Source: Felis catus
Lineage: Eukaryota
Direction: 5' to 3'
NCBI RefSeq assembly: GCF_018350175.1
Contig: NC_058368.1
Span: 148,926,001-148,990,000 of the forward strand
Length of the DNA stretch: 64,000 nt
The notes below the pieces were generated by a model. It did not search any database and was not told where the DNA came from. It saw nothing but the letters and a program-made list of their open reading frames with translations. Positions 63,903-64,000 of this stretch are shown piece by piece. The position numbers were made by a program, and so were the translations under genes. Position 1 is the stretch's first letter. Each line of letters opens with the position of its first letter.

Positions 63903-64000
63903 GATATATTAAGGAGAATTGAGCAATGCATTGATTCCTAGTAACATCTGAACAAATGAATCATACTCCTTTCAGCAAGATGAAAAAGTTGTGTCCTGTC

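Overview
AT-rich mammalian genomic DNA, almost certainly from a felid: it carries about 26 carnivore tRNA-derived CanSINEs, including young cat-type (SINEC_Fc-like) copies, and carnivore L1s. I find no supportable protein-coding gene, so the window looks intergenic or deep-intronic. Most of it is interspersed repeats: three long decayed L1s (24889-30605 minus, 43918-51435 minus, and a full-length copy at 54606-62411 plus with TSDs), shorter L1 pieces, Tigger2, Tigger1, hAT, MLT2, MER34/39-like, L2 and MIR relics, and microsatellites. Two things are not explained by ordinary repeat annotation. (1) A near-perfect palindrome with 74-bp arms and a 9-nt loop at 35904-36060, ending exactly at a (TA)n(CA)n tract. 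(2) A one-LTR, betaretrovirus-like ERV fragment (58362-59301, minus) inside L1 ORF2, with a clean LTR end on one side only and a signal-peptide-like ORF ahead of the polypurine tract. Smaller observations are several templated-insertion scars, a twin-primed L1 inversion, two SINEs sharing a triplicated TSD, and a candidate non-coding exon next to an L1 5' end. Family names come from my recognition of consensus motifs, not from database searches, and many boundaries are approximate. I see no firm evidence of a new multi-gene system.
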